Shown here: positions 35,853-46,162 of the stretch, piece after piece
How positions within the stretch are numbered: position 1 is the stretch's first letter
How the letters are laid out: each line of letters opens with the position of its first letter
Assembly (NCBI GenBank): GCA_029858565.1
Contig: JAOUEV010000016.1
Span: forward strand, 1 to 55,840
Direction: 5' to 3'
Length of the DNA: 55,840 nucleotides
From: Nitrospirota bacterium
Lineage (GTDB): Bacteria > Nitrospirota > UBA9217
Translations under genes and position numbers: made by a program
The notes under the pieces: generated by a model
The model's database searches: none
What the model was told of the DNA's origin: nothing
The model's input: the letters and a program-made list of their open reading frames with translations, nothing else

Positions 35853-37195
35853 AGGCTCATCATCCCTTCGGCGATTTTCCCGGTCTCGAGCACATGAAAG
35901 GATTCGAGCCGGCCACTCATGGGACCGGGATCGAGCGGACGGCCCGCCGGCTCTTGCACAACGATGACCTTGACCGGGATGCCGAGCGCCTGCAGCTTTC
36001 CCACGAAATCCCTGCGCTCCCGGTCCCATGCGAGCAGCACGCAGATGCAACTCGACAGGAGCCCTGCCCTGCCCAGCACGAGGCTTTCGAGCGAGTCAAG
36101 GGAACGGTCCGGACAGGCCCGCGCGCAGGCCAGGACTTCGAGCGCCCGCTCGGCCCGGCCGATGCTCCGGCCGGTGGTGATGCAGTATGCCTCGTTCCCC
36201 ACGAACATGAGGTCAAGAAGCGAATCGTTCGTCTCGACCTGCGCCAGAAAGGACGCGGCAACAGAGAGCGCTTCTTCGAATACCCGGTCCTCGCCAGGGG
36301 AAAAGGTATCGAGCACCAGGGCATGGCGCGCGAAGAACTCGTCAGCATGTTCCTTTACCACCGGTCTTCCGGTCCTTGCCCAGCTCTTCCAGTGGATGTT
36401 CCTGAGCGGATCTCCCTGGCGGTAGTCCCTGAGCGACATGAACTCATCGGAATTTCCGATGTTCGATGCGAGCGTGACGCCGCCCTGGTGGTACTTTCTG
36501 CCTCCGCCGAGCCGCATCTGCGGCAAAGGGTAGCGCTTCGGAAGGATGAGGATCGACTGGGCCGACGGAACTGCCCTGACTGAGCGGAACAGGCCGAAGG
36601 GATCGCTCCTGCCGACTGCCAGGGCCTCGAACTGCAGGCGTCCCCTGCGCAGCGGAACAAGGTCAAGAGAAAGCTCAGTCACTCCCCGTGCAGGCACTAT
36701 GGGAAGATCTTGGCGAGTTGGCTCGGCGATCCGGTCACGGTCCGTGAGCATGCGCCAATCGCGGTACATGGAGTCCCTGATCCATTTGCGGCCGTGAGCA
36801 TACCCGTACTCGACCCGTGCGCTGAACTCGGCAAAGGACGGCCGGGGATCGCTGAAGCGCTCGGTCAGGGAAAGGTTCCTGAGCAGCCTGTGGCCGGTGT
36901 TCCGGAGAGTGATCCGGTAGGTGAAGGGCTGGCCTGCGGTCCCGAACCTGGGCAGGTCGCGGCGCAGTTCAAGGGACGGTCGAAAACGCCTGTTTATGAG
37001 GAAAGCAACAAGGACCAGCGCGGCAAGGAGCGTGAACGCTTCATGGGCCGCGTTCTTGGTCGTGTCCATGCCGAGAACCGCTGACCCCGCAAGGCCCGCG
37101 AGAACGAGGAGGCCCGCAGTCGTGGCCCGCTGGGACAGGCTGTGGCGAAGGCCGGAAACAAGCCGCAGAAGAAAGTAGTAGATCCTGATGGCCAT
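35849..37195 (-). CDS. DUF58 domain protein
   Basis: EFMSLRDYRQGDPLRNIHWKSWAR...VVKE; DPFGLF. Confidence 0.9.
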   Translation of the reverse strand: MAIRIYYFLLRLVSGLRHSLSQRATTAGLLVLAGLAGSAVLGMDTTKNAAHEAFTLLAALVLVAFLINRRFRPSLELRRDLPRFGTAGQPFTYRITLRNTGHRLLRNLSLTERFSDPRPSFAEFSARVEYGYAHGRKWIRDSMYRDWRMLTDRDRIAEPTRQDLPIVPARGVTELSLDLVPLRRGRLQFEALAVGRSDPFGLFRSVRAVPSAQSILILPKRYPLPQMRLGGGRKYHQGGVTLASNIGNSDEFMSLRDYRQGDPLRNIHWKSWARTGRPVVKEHADEFFARHALVLDTFSPGEDRVFEEALSVAASFLAQVETNDSLLDLMFVGNEAYCITTGRSIGRAERALEVLACARACPDRSLDSLESLVLGRAGLLSSCICVLLAWDRERRDFVGKLQALGIPVKVIVVQEPAGRPLDPGPMSGRLESFHVLETGKIAEGMMSL

Positions 37196-37208
37196 GTTCA
37201 AAAACAAA

Positions 37209-37357
37209 TTAACAGGCTGTTGAAAAAGTCGCTCTCTCCTGCTTAGCTCGTCATCCCCGTGAAAACGGGGATCCAGAACAACTTGAAAACACTGGATTCC
37301 CGCTTGCGCGGGAATGACGGCCAAGGATATAAAAATCGTTTTTCAACAACCTGTTAA
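37209..37357. mobile_element. TIR-bounded MITE containing a CGTC-type REP doublet
   Basis: TTAACAGGCTGTTGAAAAA ... TTTTTCAACAACCTGTTAA enclosing CGTCATCCCCGTGAAAACGGGGATCCAG ... CTGGATTCCCGCTTGCGCGGGAATGACG. Confidence 0.85.
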
Positions 37358-37480
37358 GAATTCAGAATTATGAATTAAGAATTGCTACCTTTGCCACGGA
37401 TGAACACGGATGCACACGGATATAATATGAATCAAAATTCAAAGTATTGCTCGCAGTGGTTTTAAATTCCGCATTCCGAA

Positions 37481-38431
37481 TTAAACCGGCGCTTGCACCG
37501 TTTTCACAATCTCCTTCACCACGTTCTCCGCTGTCACACCCGAGAACTTTGCCTGGGGATCGAGGCTCAAGCGGTGGGCGATCACCGGAACGGCGATCTC
37601 CTGAATATGGTCAGGCGTCACGAACTCCCTGCCGTCCATGAGCGCAAGGGCCTGGGCAGCCTTGGTGAGCGCAATCGAGGCCCGCGGGCTCGCCCCGAGC
37701 CGGACCCCCTTCGCTCCCCGCGTTGACGCAACCAGATCAACAGCATACTGCCGCACCTCGGCGCTCATGCGCACATCAGCAGCATGGCCGCGGAGCGCGA
37801 GAATATCGTCCACCGATGCGCAGCTCCTGACGTCTGCGATGGGGTGGCCCTTGCTCTGCGACGCGATGATCGCAGCCTCTTCCCGGCGCGACACATAGCC
37901 CAGGCCGAAATGGAACGCGAAACGGTCCATCTGCGCCTCGGGCAAGGGATAGGTTCCGTGGGATTCCACGGGGTTCTGGGTGGCGATCACGAAGAAGAAA
38001 TCGTCGAGCTTCCTGATTGTCCCGTCCGCGCTCACCCGGCCTTCTGCCATTGCTTCGAGCAGGGCCGACTGGGTCCGGGGCGAGGACCGGTTGATCTCGT
38101 CGGCCAGCACGATGTTCGCGAACACCGGGCCTTCATGGAACCGGAACGCCTGTTCCTTTTGGTCGTAGATCGAGACGCCGGTGATGTCCGACGGCAGCAG
38201 GTCCGGCGTGAACTGGATGCGCTTGAACCGCGCGCTCAGGGAGAGCGCCAGGGCCTTGGCCAGCGTGGTCTTGCCCGTGCCGGGATAGTCTTCGAGCAGC
38301 ACATGGCCTCCGCTCACCACCGCGGCCAGGAGCTTGCGGATCGCGGCGCCCTGGCCGCGGATCACGGTCTCGATGTTCGCCGTGATCCTGTTGAACAACT
38401 CCCTGCTGAACTCCATGTCCTTCTGCGTCAT
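37481..38431 (-). CDS. MoxR family AAA+ ATPase
   Basis: LLEDYPGTGKT, IQFTPDLLPSD, LADEINR, ATQNP, LPEAQMDRF. Confidence 0.95.
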   Translation of the reverse strand: MTQKDMEFSRELFNRITANIETVIRGQGAAIRKLLAAVVSGGHVLLEDYPGTGKTTLAKALALSLSARFKRIQFTPDLLPSDITGVSIYDQKEQAFRFHEGPVFANIVLADEINRSSPRTQSALLEAMAEGRVSADGTIRKLDDFFFVIATQNPVESHGTYPLPEAQMDRFAFHFGLGYVSRREEAAIIASQSKGHPIADVRSCASVDDILALRGHAADVRMSAEVRQYAVDLVASTRGAKGVRLGASPRASIALTKAAQALALMDGREFVTPDHIQEIAVPVIAHRLSLDPQAKFSGVTAENVVKEIVKTVQAPV

Positions 38432-38519
38432 TCAACACCTCTCCCTGTTGTTCTGTTAACTGGCCGTTGTTGGTTATTCCGTTTTCCTGGCCCGAGCGAT
38501 GAGCTGCCCAAAAATTCAA

Positions 38520-38790
38520 CTCCTTTTGTCACCCTTCTTGCTCGCCCAAAGAAGGGTGACCCCAAGAAGGGCGCCCGGCGGCCATTCTGATCCGTCCTGC
38601 TCAATCGTCCTCGGTACATTTCAGAAACTCGGGCTTCGCCCTCAAACAGTCTGAAATGTTTAACCCTCGGACTCGGTCGCATGACGGGAATGTCCGCATG
38701 GGGAAGAGCGCAAAAAGACCATGGAACAAAGATATTCTTCGGCTTTGCCTTTACCCCCAACCCGGGCTGCTCTGAGCAATAGCCGCAAAC
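38520..38790. repeat. Highly structured palindromic non-coding element (MITE-like)
   Basis: GTCACCCTTCTT...AAGAAGGGTGAC hairpin; ACATTTCAGA...TCTGAAATGT enclosing GGGCTTCGCCC; CCGTC...GACGG. Confidence 0.65.
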
Positions 38791-38814
38791 AAGCATGCGC
38801 CTGCCGGCACCCAA

Positions 38815-40524
38815 TCATCGCCCAATCGCCTTGTCTTTGGAAGCAGGAACACCATCCCCGCTGACCACGGTCACCCGAACAAGAGGCTCCTTCCGCGATC
38901 TGGCATTGACTGTGGTCTCGATATTCTCCAGTGGCACTCCGCATTGGGTCATCAGGATGTTCTTCACCGCCGCGATCCGTTTTTCCATCAGCTCCCGCCG
39001 CTGCCGTTGCGCGAGTCCGGTTTCGGGGACCGCCTCGACCCGGCATCGCATGCCGTCGACCCGCTTGTACAGATCGCCGATGACAGCGAGCTGCGAGCGC
39101 ATCTCCGCGCTGAGCGCGGCATCGCCGCGCTTGAAGACCAGCGGGGCAACAAAGGGAACTGTCTCGATCGAGAGTTCCACGGGCACGCCAAGCTCCGATT
39201 CGAGCAGCCGCCGGATCCAGACGCGCTCATCGCCGGTCATCGGCGCATCGCGCCGCAGCTTCATGGCAATATCGACGCCCAGGGTCTTGTCGCGGAAGCC
39301 GATTGCCAGATCGGCGACCGTGGACGGAGCAATGATCTTCTCCACTTTTTCCGCTGATTGCCGCACCACGGTCACAACGCTCTCGCGGGAAGCGGCGATG
39401 ATTTCACGGGGCGGACGGGGCGGCGCGATCACCGGCGCCGGGGTTTGCGCGGCCACGGCTTTGAGACCTCCCGGCTGGACCTTCACCTGCTCCAGATTCA
39501 GCGCCGTTGTTTTCCCGAGGCCCTTCGACAGTTCCGCTTCAACGGCAACAACATCCTCCTCGCTCAGCAGCTCAACGGCATTTACCACCGCATTGACCCT
39601 GATCCGGCCTTCCCGTTTCCGGTAATCGAACCCGGTGAGATGGGACCGGCCCTCGCGGTCGAATCCCTTCTTCAGAATAGCGTTCAGCGTGCCGCGCAGA
39701 CGCACCTCGGCAATCGAGGCATGGAGCGTGTAGACAAGGGGGATCGAGATGACCACGAGAACGGCGCTCAGGAACGCGAACCGTTTGCGCAGCTGCCGGA
39801 CATCCATTTCCGTCACCATCCGGGGACGAAAACCGTACACGAACAACACCGTGCAGGTCGCGATCACGATCGCGACAAAGTTCGTGAAAAACAGCAGGAA
39901 CCCGCCGGAAACAACGGCGAAGTTTCCGATGCCTGCGCCGAACCCGGCAACGCTCAGCGGCGGAATGACCGCGGTCGCGATCGCGACGCCCGGCACGATC
40001 GTGAGATAATTGCGCCTGGTGCAGAGGGCGGCCGAGCCCGCGATGCCGGACAGGAACGCTATCACCAGATCATACAGGTTCGGCCGCGTCCTGCTCAGGA
40101 TCTCCGGCGTGATCTCTTTCAACGGGGAAAGAATCGCTGCAAGCGCGGCGATGACGAGCGTGACCGCCACGCTCAGGGATATTTTCCTGATCGAGCGGCG
40201 CCAGACCGTCCGGTCGCCGGTGATGAAGGCGAAACCGAAACTGAGCAGCGGCCCCATGAGCGGCGAGATGAGCATGGCGCCGATGATGACCGGCGCGCTG
40301 TTCGTGATCAGGCCGGAGAGCGCGATCAGGTTCGCCAGGGTCAGCATGACGAAATAGTGGCCCGACAGGTCCGTTTCCTGGACAATGTCCTTGATCACCG
40401 ACTCATGGTTCACGGCCGTTGCCGCGCGCTGCAGGCCGTCTTTCACGGCCCTCTTCAGCAGGTAGGCGATCCGGACAAGCAGGCGGGGCTGCTGTCGCTT
40501 TTCCTCGCCGTTCATGACTTCCAC
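38815..40524 (-). CDS. DUF389 (TIGR00341) membrane protein with C-terminal OmpA-like extension
   Basis: [35 protein letters not shown]. Confidence 0.88.
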   Translation of the reverse strand: MEVMNGEEKRQQPRLLVRIAYLLKRAVKDGLQRAATAVNHESVIKDIVQETDLSGHYFVMLTLANLIALSGLITNSAPVIIGAMLISPLMGPLLSFGFAFITGDRTVWRRSIRKISLSVAVTLVIAALAAILSPLKEITPEILSRTRPNLYDLVIAFLSGIAGSAALCTRRNYLTIVPGVAIATAVIPPLSVAGFGAGIGNFAVVSGGFLLFFTNFVAIVIATCTVLFVYGFRPRMVTEMDVRQLRKRFAFLSAVLVVISIPLVYTLHASIAEVRLRGTLNAILKKGFDREGRSHLTGFDYRKREGRIRVNAVVNAVELLSEEDVVAVEAELSKGLGKTTALNLEQVKVQPGGLKAVAAQTPAPVIAPPRPPREIIAASRESVVTVVRQSAEKVEKIIAPSTVADLAIGFRDKTLGVDIAMKLRRDAPMTGDERVWIRRLLESELGVPVELSIETVPFVAPLVFKRGDAALSAEMRSQLAVIGDLYKRVDGMRCRVEAVPETGLAQRQRRELMEKRIAAVKNILMTQCGVPLENIETTVNARSRKEPLVRVTVVSGDGVPASKDKAIGR

Positions 40525-41072
40525 ATCTCATTGAAGGCGATCTCTTCCAGCGGCTTCCGCCCCGGCCCGCCTTTGCCTTCCTCAGTCGGATAGCCGAGCG
40601 GGAAGAGGCCCACGACGCGGATGTTCTGCGGAATGCCGAGAATGCCCTTCACCTTCACCTCGTCGTAGATGCCCACGAAGACCGAGCCGAGCCCCTGCGC
40701 CCGGGCGGCGAGCATCAGGTTCTGCGAAGCGATGCCCGCGTCCACGAGGTAGTAGCTCTGGCCCCAGAGCGTGCCGGACTGCTGCGGGTCCGCGCAGAGC
40801 ACGATCACCACCGGCGCCTCGGCAAGCGCCTTTTTAGAAGGGTTCGCCTTGTACCCCTTGGGAGCGAAAAAGGACTCCACATAGGAGAGATCGCTCAGTT
40901 CCTGCTTGACCTTCTTGTCCGTCACCACCACCATGCGCCAACACTGCATGTTGGCCCACGACGGCGCCTGCCGGACCGCCTCGAGCACAGCCTGCAGCTT
41001 TTCCTCCTCCACCGGCTTGTCGAGATATTTCCTGACACTGCGTCTGCTCCTGATCGTTTCGAATAATTCCAT
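40512..41072 (-). CDS. Nitroreductase family protein
   Basis: [32 protein letters not shown]. Confidence 0.93.
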   Translation of the reverse strand: MELFETIRSRRSVRKYLDKPVEEEKLQAVLEAVRQAPSWANMQCWRMVVVTDKKVKQELSDLSYVESFFAPKGYKANPSKKALAEAPVVIVLCADPQQSGTLWGQSYYLVDAGIASQNLMLAARAQGLGSVFVGIYDEVKVKGILGIPQNIRVVGLFPLGYPTEEGKGGPGRKPLEEIAFNEMWKS

Positions 41073-41103
41073 GATTGCCTCCTGATAAATCGCTATTGCA
41101 ATA

Positions 41104-41652
41104 TTATAACATCCCTATGATCTCATCCGCACTGAGAATCTTCGCGTAAACCGCACCAAGAGCAGCCATATACGATCCATGCACATGGGCCGCCGGTATT
41201 TCGGCGTTGTTGAACATCAGGTTCCTTGTGGCGCAGGCATCATGAGCCACCACGCAGGTATAGCCCTTGTCGAAAGCGGCCCGGGTCGTGGCATCGATGC
41301 ACATGTGGGACATCATGCCGCAAACGATAAGGTCCGTCACCTCCAGCGTCCGAAAATGTTCATCCAGGTCCGTATTGCGGAAGCTGTTGGGAAAATGTTT
41401 AACAACCGCCTGCTCACCGGGGACAGGGCTCACGTTTTCATGAATCTCGATGCCCACTGTATGCGGAAGCAGGAAGGTCGCGTTCGGCCGCGCGGCAATA
41501 TGCTGAATATGCACGACCGGCAGCGCCTTGGCTCGGAAGTGCTCCAGCAACCTTTTCGCTGCAAGGGAGGCATCCACCGCACCTGCGACTTCCATCCTTC
41601 CACCTGGGAAATAGTCTTTCTGGATGTCGATCAGCAACAATGCCCTTTTCAT
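41104..41652 (-). CDS. Cysteine hydrolase (isochorismatase family)
   Basis: LLIDIQ, KHFPNSF, GMMSHMC, DAC. Confidence 0.93.
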   Translation of the reverse strand: MKRALLLIDIQKDYFPGGRMEVAGAVDASLAAKRLLEHFRAKALPVVHIQHIAARPNATFLLPHTVGIEIHENVSPVPGEQAVVKHFPNSFRNTDLDEHFRTLEVTDLIVCGMMSHMCIDATTRAAFDKGYTCVVAHDACATRNLMFNNAEIPAAHVHGSYMAALGAVYAKILSADEIIGML

Positions 41653-42143
41653 AAGTTCTCCTTGCCCAAAGGTCTTCCGTATTCCATGCTGGTCATCACC
41701 ATGTCGATGAAAGCGATATCCTGCCCATGGATGCGGTGTATGCTCTCGCCAATCGGCAGGAATCCGACGCGCTCATACAGCCGCGACGCACGAGGATTGT
41801 TCTTTCGTACGATAAGGCTGATCGTGCACAGGTTCAGTTCCCGGAATCCTTTATCGACCGCTGCAAGCGTGATCGCGCGTCCGAAACCCCTGCCGAGCCA
41901 GTCCCGATGAAGGGCGATGCGAAATTCCGCTTCTCGTTCCGATGTCTTGCTCAGAAGGCAGAACCCGATGAGCCGCTCCAGGAATACACTAGCATAGATC
42001 CACGTGTTCGGTTTTCCCCTGAACTCGTCGAGCCAGCCCTTTTCGCGCAGGGCATAGTCCATCTGCTCGAATCCGTCGCCATAGGACGGCCAGGCTTTGA
42101 TCTGTGATATATCGTCAGGAGTTATTGATCTCAGTTCCGGCAT
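41649..42143 (-). CDS. GNAT N-acetyltransferase (RimJ/L-like)
   Basis: WLGRGFG, NNPRASRLYERVGF. Confidence 0.88.
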   Translation of the reverse strand: MPELRSITPDDISQIKAWPSYGDGFEQMDYALREKGWLDEFRGKPNTWIYASVFLERLIGFCLLSKTSEREAEFRIALHRDWLGRGFGRAITLAAVDKGFRELNLCTISLIVRKNNPRASRLYERVGFLPIGESIHRIHGQDIAFIDMVMTSMEYGRPLGKENL

Positions 42144-42150
42144 CTTTCCT

Positions 42151-42612
42151 TCAGGATCCTCCGGCGCCCCGGCCAGAGACATCGGGATTCCGTATCACCA
42201 TGAACCGCTCAAGAAGCGGCGTTTCCTTCAGTTTGTGGAATCCGAACTTCCGGTACAGTTCATGCGCATCCTGGGTCCCGAGAATCCAGAGCCGCAGTCC
42301 CTGCAATTCGGGATGATCCATGATCGCCCTGACCAGCCGCTTGCCCAGCCCCTTGCCGCGGTGCGGTTCGAGGATGAAGACATCGCCGAGGTAGGCAATC
42401 GTAGCAAAGTCCGTCACGACCCTGGCGAAACCCACCTGTTGCCCGCCGCAATAGACGCCGAAGCAGAGCGCGTTTTCGACCGACCTTTCGATCGTCGCGC
42501 GCGGGACGCCTTTCGCCCAGTAGGACCGGTTCGACAGGAAATCGTGGATCATGGCGACATCGAGCCAGCCTTTGTCCGCGCTGATCTCGAATGAAGCATC
42601 ATCCTTTTGCAT
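42151..42612 (-). CDS. GNAT N-acetyltransferase
   Basis: GFARVVTD, DVFILEPHRGKGLG, DAHELYRKFGF. Confidence 0.92.
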   Translation of the reverse strand: MQKDDASFEISADKGWLDVAMIHDFLSNRSYWAKGVPRATIERSVENALCFGVYCGGQQVGFARVVTDFATIAYLGDVFILEPHRGKGLGKRLVRAIMDHPELQGLRLWILGTQDAHELYRKFGFHKLKETPLLERFMVIRNPDVSGRGAGGS

Positions 42613-42642
42613 CGCGTCCTCCGTTGGAGCTATCGAGGCTGA

Positions 42643-43044
42643 TCAAAGATTCTTTCCTTTTATATACCGGAACTCCTGGGTCGCGCCCGCATAGCCCCAG
42701 GAATCGGCAGCTATGTCCCTGATGATGACATAGCTTGCAGGATGCAGTTTCCCCCAGAGGGCTTCCATCGTTGAGAAGACTTCCTTTACGTATTTTGCTT
42801 TCTCGTCCTTCGTGTTCGTGCCTTCGGTGACGTTGATCTCCAGCAGGAACGTTTTCATGCCCTGAGAAGAGATAGGAGATCCTGCCACGAACCATCGCGA
42901 CCCATCGACGTACTCGACCGTGATAGACGTGAGTTCCTGTTTCTTCCGGAGAATGGACGAGGTCAAGCTTGCCAGCGCATCTGCTACCTGCTTTGTTTGT
43001 TCCGGCGATCCCTGGTCGCTTATTTTGATATTGAGGTACGGCAT
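42643..43044 (-). CDS. 4-oxalocrotonate tautomerase family protein
   Basis: N-terminal catalytic Pro, GTNTKDEK, SWGYAG. Confidence 0.88.
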   Translation of the reverse strand: MPYLNIKISDQGSPEQTKQVADALASLTSSILRKKQELTSITVEYVDGSRWFVAGSPISSQGMKTFLLEINVTEGTNTKDEKAKYVKEVFSTMEALWGKLHPASYVIIRDIAADSWGYAGATQEFRYIKGKNL

Positions 43045-43139
43045 GGGGTTCCTTTCGGCGTCCAGAGTACGTTACGAACTGACACCTTGAATTTTGAGTC
43101 ATGTTTTTAAGTCGAAAAACCAGAACCTGATATTCACAG

Positions 43140-43223
43140 GTCGACACAAAGCTCACGAAGATAATCGTGAATCATCTTTCTTCGTGCCTCATCGTGGTCT
43201 GTGACCATCGTGGCTTCGTGAGA
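43140..43223. repeat. Degenerate 9-mer-periodic element
   Basis: ACACAAAGCTCACGAAG ... TTCGTGCC...ATCGTGGCTTCGTGAGA. Confidence 0.6.
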
Positions 43224-43295
43224 GATAGCTTTTGGTTCACTGGCCTGAGGCTTGGCACTTTTTAATGGCCTCCAAATAGAAACCGATACGAGAAG

Positions 43296-43397
43296 CACCT
43301 CCCCGCACCCCTCCTTGCCAAGGAGGGGCCACGATTATACCCTCACCTGGCCGCCAAAAGTAGGCGCCTCTCGGCGAGGGGAGGTCAGGTGGGGTGA
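43296..43397. repeat. CCCCTC-type palindromic element
   Basis: ACCTCCCCGCACCCCTCCTTGCCAAGGAGGGG ... CCTCTCGGCGAGGGGAGGTCAGGTGGGGTG. Confidence 0.75.
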
Positions 43398-43470
43398 TTT
43401 GTGCGTTCGGAATTCCCTGATCCACCCTGCAAGGATATTTGCCGCTGCGCCATGACTGCGTTGCTGCGAG

Positions 43471-44295
43471 TCACCTCTTGATCGTTCCCGTGGTATAGAG
43501 CACCCCTACATCGAGCCGGATGCCGTCCTGTGTCCTGAGCTTCTCGACCTCTGCAAGGTGTTCGTCTTTGAACCGTTCCTGTTCCTGCTCCGAAAGTTGC
43601 GCCACCAGCCTCCGGAACCCCGCGTTCCAGACGATGTCCCACCACTCCTCAGCGCTGGCCAGGTGATAGCCAACATTCCGCTTCTCGACAGAGATATCTT
43701 TCAATCCTGCTGTTTCAAAGAGCTGCCGGCATCCATCCTCGTGAGCGATGCGTTTCCAGGCCTGGGGCGGGCTCTGGACCCCGTAGGCTGCAAGCCTATC
43801 CATGAACAAATCCTTCAGCGGATGGAAGTAGCTCTCTTGGAAATTCGAGATCATCACCCTGCCGCCGGGCCTTACCTGCGATGCGATATGGCTGAGCTGG
43901 GTCTCCATGTCCTGGACAAAGAAGATGCCGAAAGCGCAGACCGCGGCGTCGAAAGGCCTGTTCGAAAAACCGAGCTTCTGCATGTCCCCTTCCAGGAACT
44001 CAATGTTCCCGATCCCAAGCGCATCCGCTTTCCGCCGCGCCTGGTCCAGCATGCCGGCGGAGAAATCCACGGCAGTCACCCGGCCCTTCAGCAGTTTCTT
44101 CGCCACCGCAAGGGACGCATGGCCGGTGCCGCAGGCAACGTCGAGGATGTGCTCGTCGCCCTTGAGATCCAGCAGGGCCGCCATGTTCTCGGCGCTCCGG
44201 GGAAAGAACCTGAGGCTGCTGCCGTCATAGCCGGCTGATACCGTATCAAAGGTCTCTTTCAAGGCTATTTTCATCTTTTGTTCGTCCATGCTCAT
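43471..44295 (-). CDS. Class I SAM-dependent methyltransferase
   Basis: ILDVACGTG, VDFSAGML, FDAAVCAFG. Confidence 0.92.
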   Translation of the reverse strand: MSMDEQKMKIALKETFDTVSAGYDGSSLRFFPRSAENMAALLDLKGDEHILDVACGTGHASLAVAKKLLKGRVTAVDFSAGMLDQARRKADALGIGNIEFLEGDMQKLGFSNRPFDAAVCAFGIFFVQDMETQLSHIASQVRPGGRVMISNFQESYFHPLKDLFMDRLAAYGVQSPPQAWKRIAHEDGCRQLFETAGLKDISVEKRNVGYHLASAEEWWDIVWNAGFRRLVAQLSEQEQERFKDEHLAEVEKLRTQDGIRLDVGVLYTTGTIKR

Positions 44296-44582
44296 TCGCT
44301 CCTTTTGAACAACGACATTTCCTTTTGAATAAAACAGTCTATCAGTGTCCGATAGGTCTTTTCCGCGATCTCCGGGTCTAGTCCCGATTCAACCGCCTTT
44401 GCCCTGACCTTTTCGATCACCTGCTCCACGCGCTTCGGGTCCCGCACCCCCTGTTCGTTCTTTTTCAGGGTAGCGGCAGCAGCAACCATATCAGACCGTT
44501 TTGCCAGAAGCGAGATGATCATGCTGTCGAGCTGGTCGATGTTCTTTCGTAGACGTTCCAGTTCCATCTGCCTATCCTCCAT
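44292..44582 (-). CDS. Chorismate mutase type II / PchB-like protein
   Basis: LRKNIDQLD...LLAKR...VRDPKRVEQVI. Confidence 0.88.
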   Translation of the reverse strand: MEDRQMELERLRKNIDQLDSMIISLLAKRSDMVAAAATLKKNEQGVRDPKRVEQVIEKVRAKAVESGLDPEIAEKTYRTLIDCFIQKEMSLFKRSE

Positions 44583-44597
44583 GAACGATTCCTATTG

Positions 44598-45152
44598 TTA
44601 CAGCTCCAGCGGCAGCGGGTCGTTGTTTTCCAGGGCAGCAAGGACCCGGTCCCGGACCTCCCCCGTGCCGAGGTCCTCCTTGCCGGTCATCTCCTGCACA
44701 TCGATCCTGACAATTGCCGTGATACCGAGTTTCTCCTGGAGATAGGCGCCGGCGACGCCTTCGGGCTGGTATTTCTCCAGGAGGCTTCGGAACGCCGCGG
44801 CCCGCTCCTCCGGATCCGACACCAGGGACGCCCGTCCCTTGATGATAACACTTCGGTACAGGTAATCGGCTTTGCAGGGTTGGCGCCGAGCTTTGATATA
44901 TGCAATCGGCAGGTCTGTTTCAAAGCAGACCCGGTCATCCCGTTTGATATCCTCGATCTTCTCGCCTTCCAGCGCCGAATGAAAGTAGATCTTCCCGTCG
45001 TAATAGGAGAAGTTCAGTGGCTTCACCCTCGGATAGCCGTCCTTTCCATTCGTGGCGAGCCTCCCCACCGGACAGGTCCTGAGCAGTCCTTCGACAACAG
45101 CCCGGTCTTTGATCTCCTTGTTCCCTCTCCTCAAATCAGCCTCCCGATGCAA
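44598..45152 (-). CDS. Pyridoxamine 5'-phosphate oxidase-like flavin-binding protein (NimA-like)
   Basis: GRLAT...P...PLNF...IYFHSALEGEK...VCFE...YRSVIIKG. Confidence 0.88.
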   Translation of the reverse strand: MHREADLRRGNKEIKDRAVVEGLLRTCPVGRLATNGKDGYPRVKPLNFSYYDGKIYFHSALEGEKIEDIKRDDRVCFETDLPIAYIKARRQPCKADYLYRSVIIKGRASLVSDPEERAAAFRSLLEKYQPEGVAGAYLQEKLGITAIVRIDVQEMTGKEDLGTGEVRDRVLAALENNDPLPLEL

Positions 45153-45228
45153 ATTCTTTCTGTTCGCCTTTCCTCACTAGGCAGTCCGAACACCGCGCGA
45201 ATGTCCCCCGCGTCTCCCTGTCCCCGTG

Positions 45229-46119
45229 TCAGTTTCTTCTCTGCCCCATCACCACCAGCATCACTCCCACCAGGATGATCCCCATGGCCCAGACTTCGAG
45301 CATCCCGACCTTTTCCCCGCCGATCCAGAGGCCCAGCAGCAGCGCCAGCACCGGATTCACGTAAGCATAACTCGTTGCCAGGCTGGGCCGTACCCTCCCG
45401 AGCAGATACGTGTAAGCATTGAACCCGATGAGCGAGCCAACGATCCCGAGATAGATCACCGCGAGAATCGATTGCGTTGTAGGCATGGTCAAGACCCGTT
45501 CGCCCATCGCAAATCCGACGATCAGGACGATTGCCCCGCCTGTTATCATCTGGGCCGCGCCCCCCATCATTCCCCTCGGAAGCGGCAGATGCCTGCTCCA
45601 GGCTGAGCCGAATGCCCAGGACACGGCGGCAAGCAGCAGAAGGCCGGCTCCAAGCGGACTTGCCCGCAGATCTCCACCCAGGTTCAGCAGCACGATGCCG
45701 CTGAACCCGACTGCAAGGCCCAGCCACTCGATCCAGTTGGGCCGGTGTTTCCAGATGGTCGCGAACAGAACGGTCCAGAGCGGCGTGGTCGCGATCACGA
45801 GCGCGGCAAGGCCCGAGGCGACCCACTGCTCCGCGTAGGCTACGCCGGCGCTGCCACCGAGCATCAGGAACGTACCGATCACCGCAGACCACAGCCACTC
45901 CCGGAGGGAGGGCGTTCTTTCGCCGCGCTTGAGCAGCCAGAAATACATGCCAAGTCCGAACAGGAAGAACCGGATGCCCATCATGAAGAGCGGGGGCAGG
46001 CTTTCAAGCGCAAACTTGATCGCGATGTAGGTGGAACTCCAGGAAAGATACACCGCAAAGAGCGCGATGATCACGTTGGTCCTGCCTGGTTCGGAAGTCT
46101 CCTGTGCTCGTTGCATCAT
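45229..46119 (-). CDS. yedA: EamA/DMT drug-metabolite exporter, YedA-like
   Basis: WSSTYIAI, SGLAALVIATTPLW, LATSYAYVNPV. Confidence 0.85.
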   Translation of the reverse strand: MMQRAQETSEPGRTNVIIALFAVYLSWSSTYIAIKFALESLPPLFMMGIRFFLFGLGMYFWLLKRGERTPSLREWLWSAVIGTFLMLGGSAGVAYAEQWVASGLAALVIATTPLWTVLFATIWKHRPNWIEWLGLAVGFSGIVLLNLGGDLRASPLGAGLLLLAAVSWAFGSAWSRHLPLPRGMMGGAAQMITGGAIVLIVGFAMGERVLTMPTTQSILAVIYLGIVGSLIGFNAYTYLLGRVRPSLATSYAYVNPVLALLLGLWIGGEKVGMLEVWAMGIILVGVMLVVMGQRRN

Positions 46120-46162
46120 TGTTCTGTCCGGTCCCCGTTAATCAAGATACAAGACAAAAGCG

